From an uncultured Methanosarcinales archaeon (GTDB taxonomy: Archaea; Nanobdellota; Nanobdellia; Woesearchaeales; UBA12501), in NCBI GenBank assembly GCA_964343705.1, contig CAYFJX010000002.1, positions 2,873-26,872 of the forward strand: a DNA stretch of 24,000 nt. Reading direction: 5' to 3'. Below are positions 22,965 to 24,000 of the stretch, in pieces; position 1 is the stretch's first letter; every line of letters starts with the position of its first letter. The notes beneath the pieces were generated by a model. The model worked only from the letters and a program-made list of their open reading frames with translations, was not told the origin of the DNA and did no database searches. A program made the translations under genes and the position numbers.

Positions 22965-23532
22965 CCAGGCGTTTCATTGCATCCTGATGCCATTGTTTTG
23001 CAATCTCTTTTGCTTTTGGCGAGGTAATTCGTGTGTACATCCAGTCTATTTTTGGTCGTACTTTTTCAACACCATCTACAGGTAATTTTTTGTCAATGAA
23101 AAAGTCAACATTATTTTCAAGAAAACTAAGACTGTCAGCGTCTTTCAAAAGATTCTGGTCATCATCACCACCAACCTCATGTTTGGAAATAAGGTGTTTA
23201 ACACGCTCAATGATTTCTTTGCTTGCACCATGTTTTTCAAGAAACTCCCCCCTAATCTCTGCTCCTTTTTCTTGGTGGTACTTCATGCATTTCTTGTCAA
23301 GGTAGCCCTCTGGCCCCACGTACATATTGTCCTCAGGTTTTCTAAACCCTCTTTCAATATCATGAGCAAATGCAGCAATCTGAAATGCTTCATCTGCATC
23401 TGGCTTAAGCTGAAGCAGCCAATATACAGTGCGTTCAAAGTGAATCATACGTGTTTGATTTAAAGGGATCTGACCTTGTTTGGTGTAGGTATCAGTTACG
23501 TATTTTTTTACCTTTTCATAGAGTTCAGTCAT
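22951..23532 (-). CDS. HD-domain phosphohydrolase-like protein
   Basis: 193 aa, helical, with AAFAHDIERGF (the HD motif) and downstream His/Asp residues. Confidence 0.75.
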   Translation of the reverse strand: MTELYEKVKKYVTDTYTKQGQIPLNQTRMIHFERTVYWLLQLKPDADEAFQIAAFAHDIERGFRKPEDNMYVGPEGYLDKKCMKYHQEKGAEIRGEFLEKHGASKEIIERVKHLISKHEVGGDDDQNLLKDADSLSFLENNVDFFIDKKLPVDGVEKVRPKIDWMYTRITSPKAKEIAKQWHQDAMKRLDELS

Positions 23533-23629
23533 ATTTATAGACAGCTTCCCCTTCTATATAAATGTGTTCTTAAAGAAGTTCGGAAGTACCAAAAAGATTT
23601 ATAAAGGAGGTCTAGTTTTTGCCAAAGAT

Positions 23630-24000
23630 ATGGAAGAAGAATCCAAGGCACCAGTGCGTGTATCAAAAAAAAAGTTACGACGCGACCGTGCACGTATGAG
23701 ACAAGGACTCCGGCCAATCACCCATTCTGGACAAGCACAAGAAACAACACAGAGTAGTCAGGCTAGTTCAAGCCACAAAAATGAAGGCACCTTAAGACGA
23801 ATATATCGCCATCATTATAAACAATTATTATGGATTCCATTCATTCTCTTGGTTCTTGCTATTGCACAAATTAGCATTCAAACTGCAACAACCGGAGATT
23901 TTATTCACAAAGGAGTTTCTATTCAAGGAGGAGTTACAGTAACAATCCCAGGAATCACACAAGACAGTATAGTTATTGAAGAAATGTTAAAGTCAAAATT
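23630..24000 (+). CDS. SecD/SecF-like protein-export membrane protein, N-terminal fragment (runs off the window)
   Basis: Not in the ORF track because it has no stop in the window. The frame is open from the ATG at 23630 to the edge. It has a basic N-terminus, a TM span (LLWIPFILLVLAIAQISI), then GDFIHKGVSIQGGVTVTI, which resembles the SecF/SecD periplasmic start. The TATA GATTTATAAAGG lies ~29 nt upstream. Confidence 0.45.
   Translation, partial: MEEESKAPVRVSKKKLRRDRARMRQGLRPITHSGQAQETTQSSQASSSHKNEGTLRRIYRHHYKQLLWIPFILLVLAIAQISIQTATTGDFIHKGVSIQGGVTVTIPGITQDSIVIEEMLKSK

Noticed and set aside
23535-23717. 60-aa ORF on the minus strand
   Set aside because: It overlaps the promoter and the 5' end of the better-supported plus-strand SecD/F-like gene and has no start signals.

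Overview
AT-rich window that reads as archaeal, probably a small-genome or DPANN-like lineage. All homology calls are from memory of protein families, with no searches run. Evidence for archaea: an RFC large subunit, an intron-containing tRNA, a single-OB SSB with an acidic tail, a FlaI/FlaJ-type ATPase plus platform pair, and TATA boxes about 27 nt upstream of many ATGs (leaderless mRNAs). Housekeeping genes: aspS (bacterial-type, 590-aa class), glyS, rfcL, pyrG, a translin-like protein, ssb, an M50 protease, HIT and HD proteins, an EamA transporter, and a partial SecD/F-like gene at the 3' edge. Positions 3.1-11.4 kb hold a type IV pilus/archaellum-like locus: three tandem paralogous membrane proteins, two divergently transcribed coiled-coil proteins, a 760-aa ATPase and a ~760-aa FlaJ/TadC-like platform protein. 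No recognisable pilin or prepilin peptidase is present. The most unusual part is 11.38-14.05 kb plus 17.2-17.3 kb. These are GC-rich, hairpin-dense noncoding elements in otherwise AT-rich spacers. Two of them (11386-11541 and 17204-17312) share a 13-mer (CCTTGGAGTTTAT) at the same structural position. Both have the same architecture: a closing helix, a CUU bulge, a 4-bp GGAG/CUCY helix, then a multi-helix insert. Their closing helices differ in sequence but both pair. A minimal third copy lies at 12955-12999. A ~220-nt structured region with its own TATA box sits directly upstream of a free-standing LAGLIDADG homing endonuclease, whose Shine-Dalgarno is buried in a 15-bp hairpin. A DUF2200-like gene is flanked by a ~57-bp imperfect duplication of the 3' end of the upstream membrane-protein gene. 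tRNA-Phe carries a 26-nt intron at a non-canonical position. I could not assign the RNA elements to a known family. No rRNA, CRISPR array or transposase was seen.
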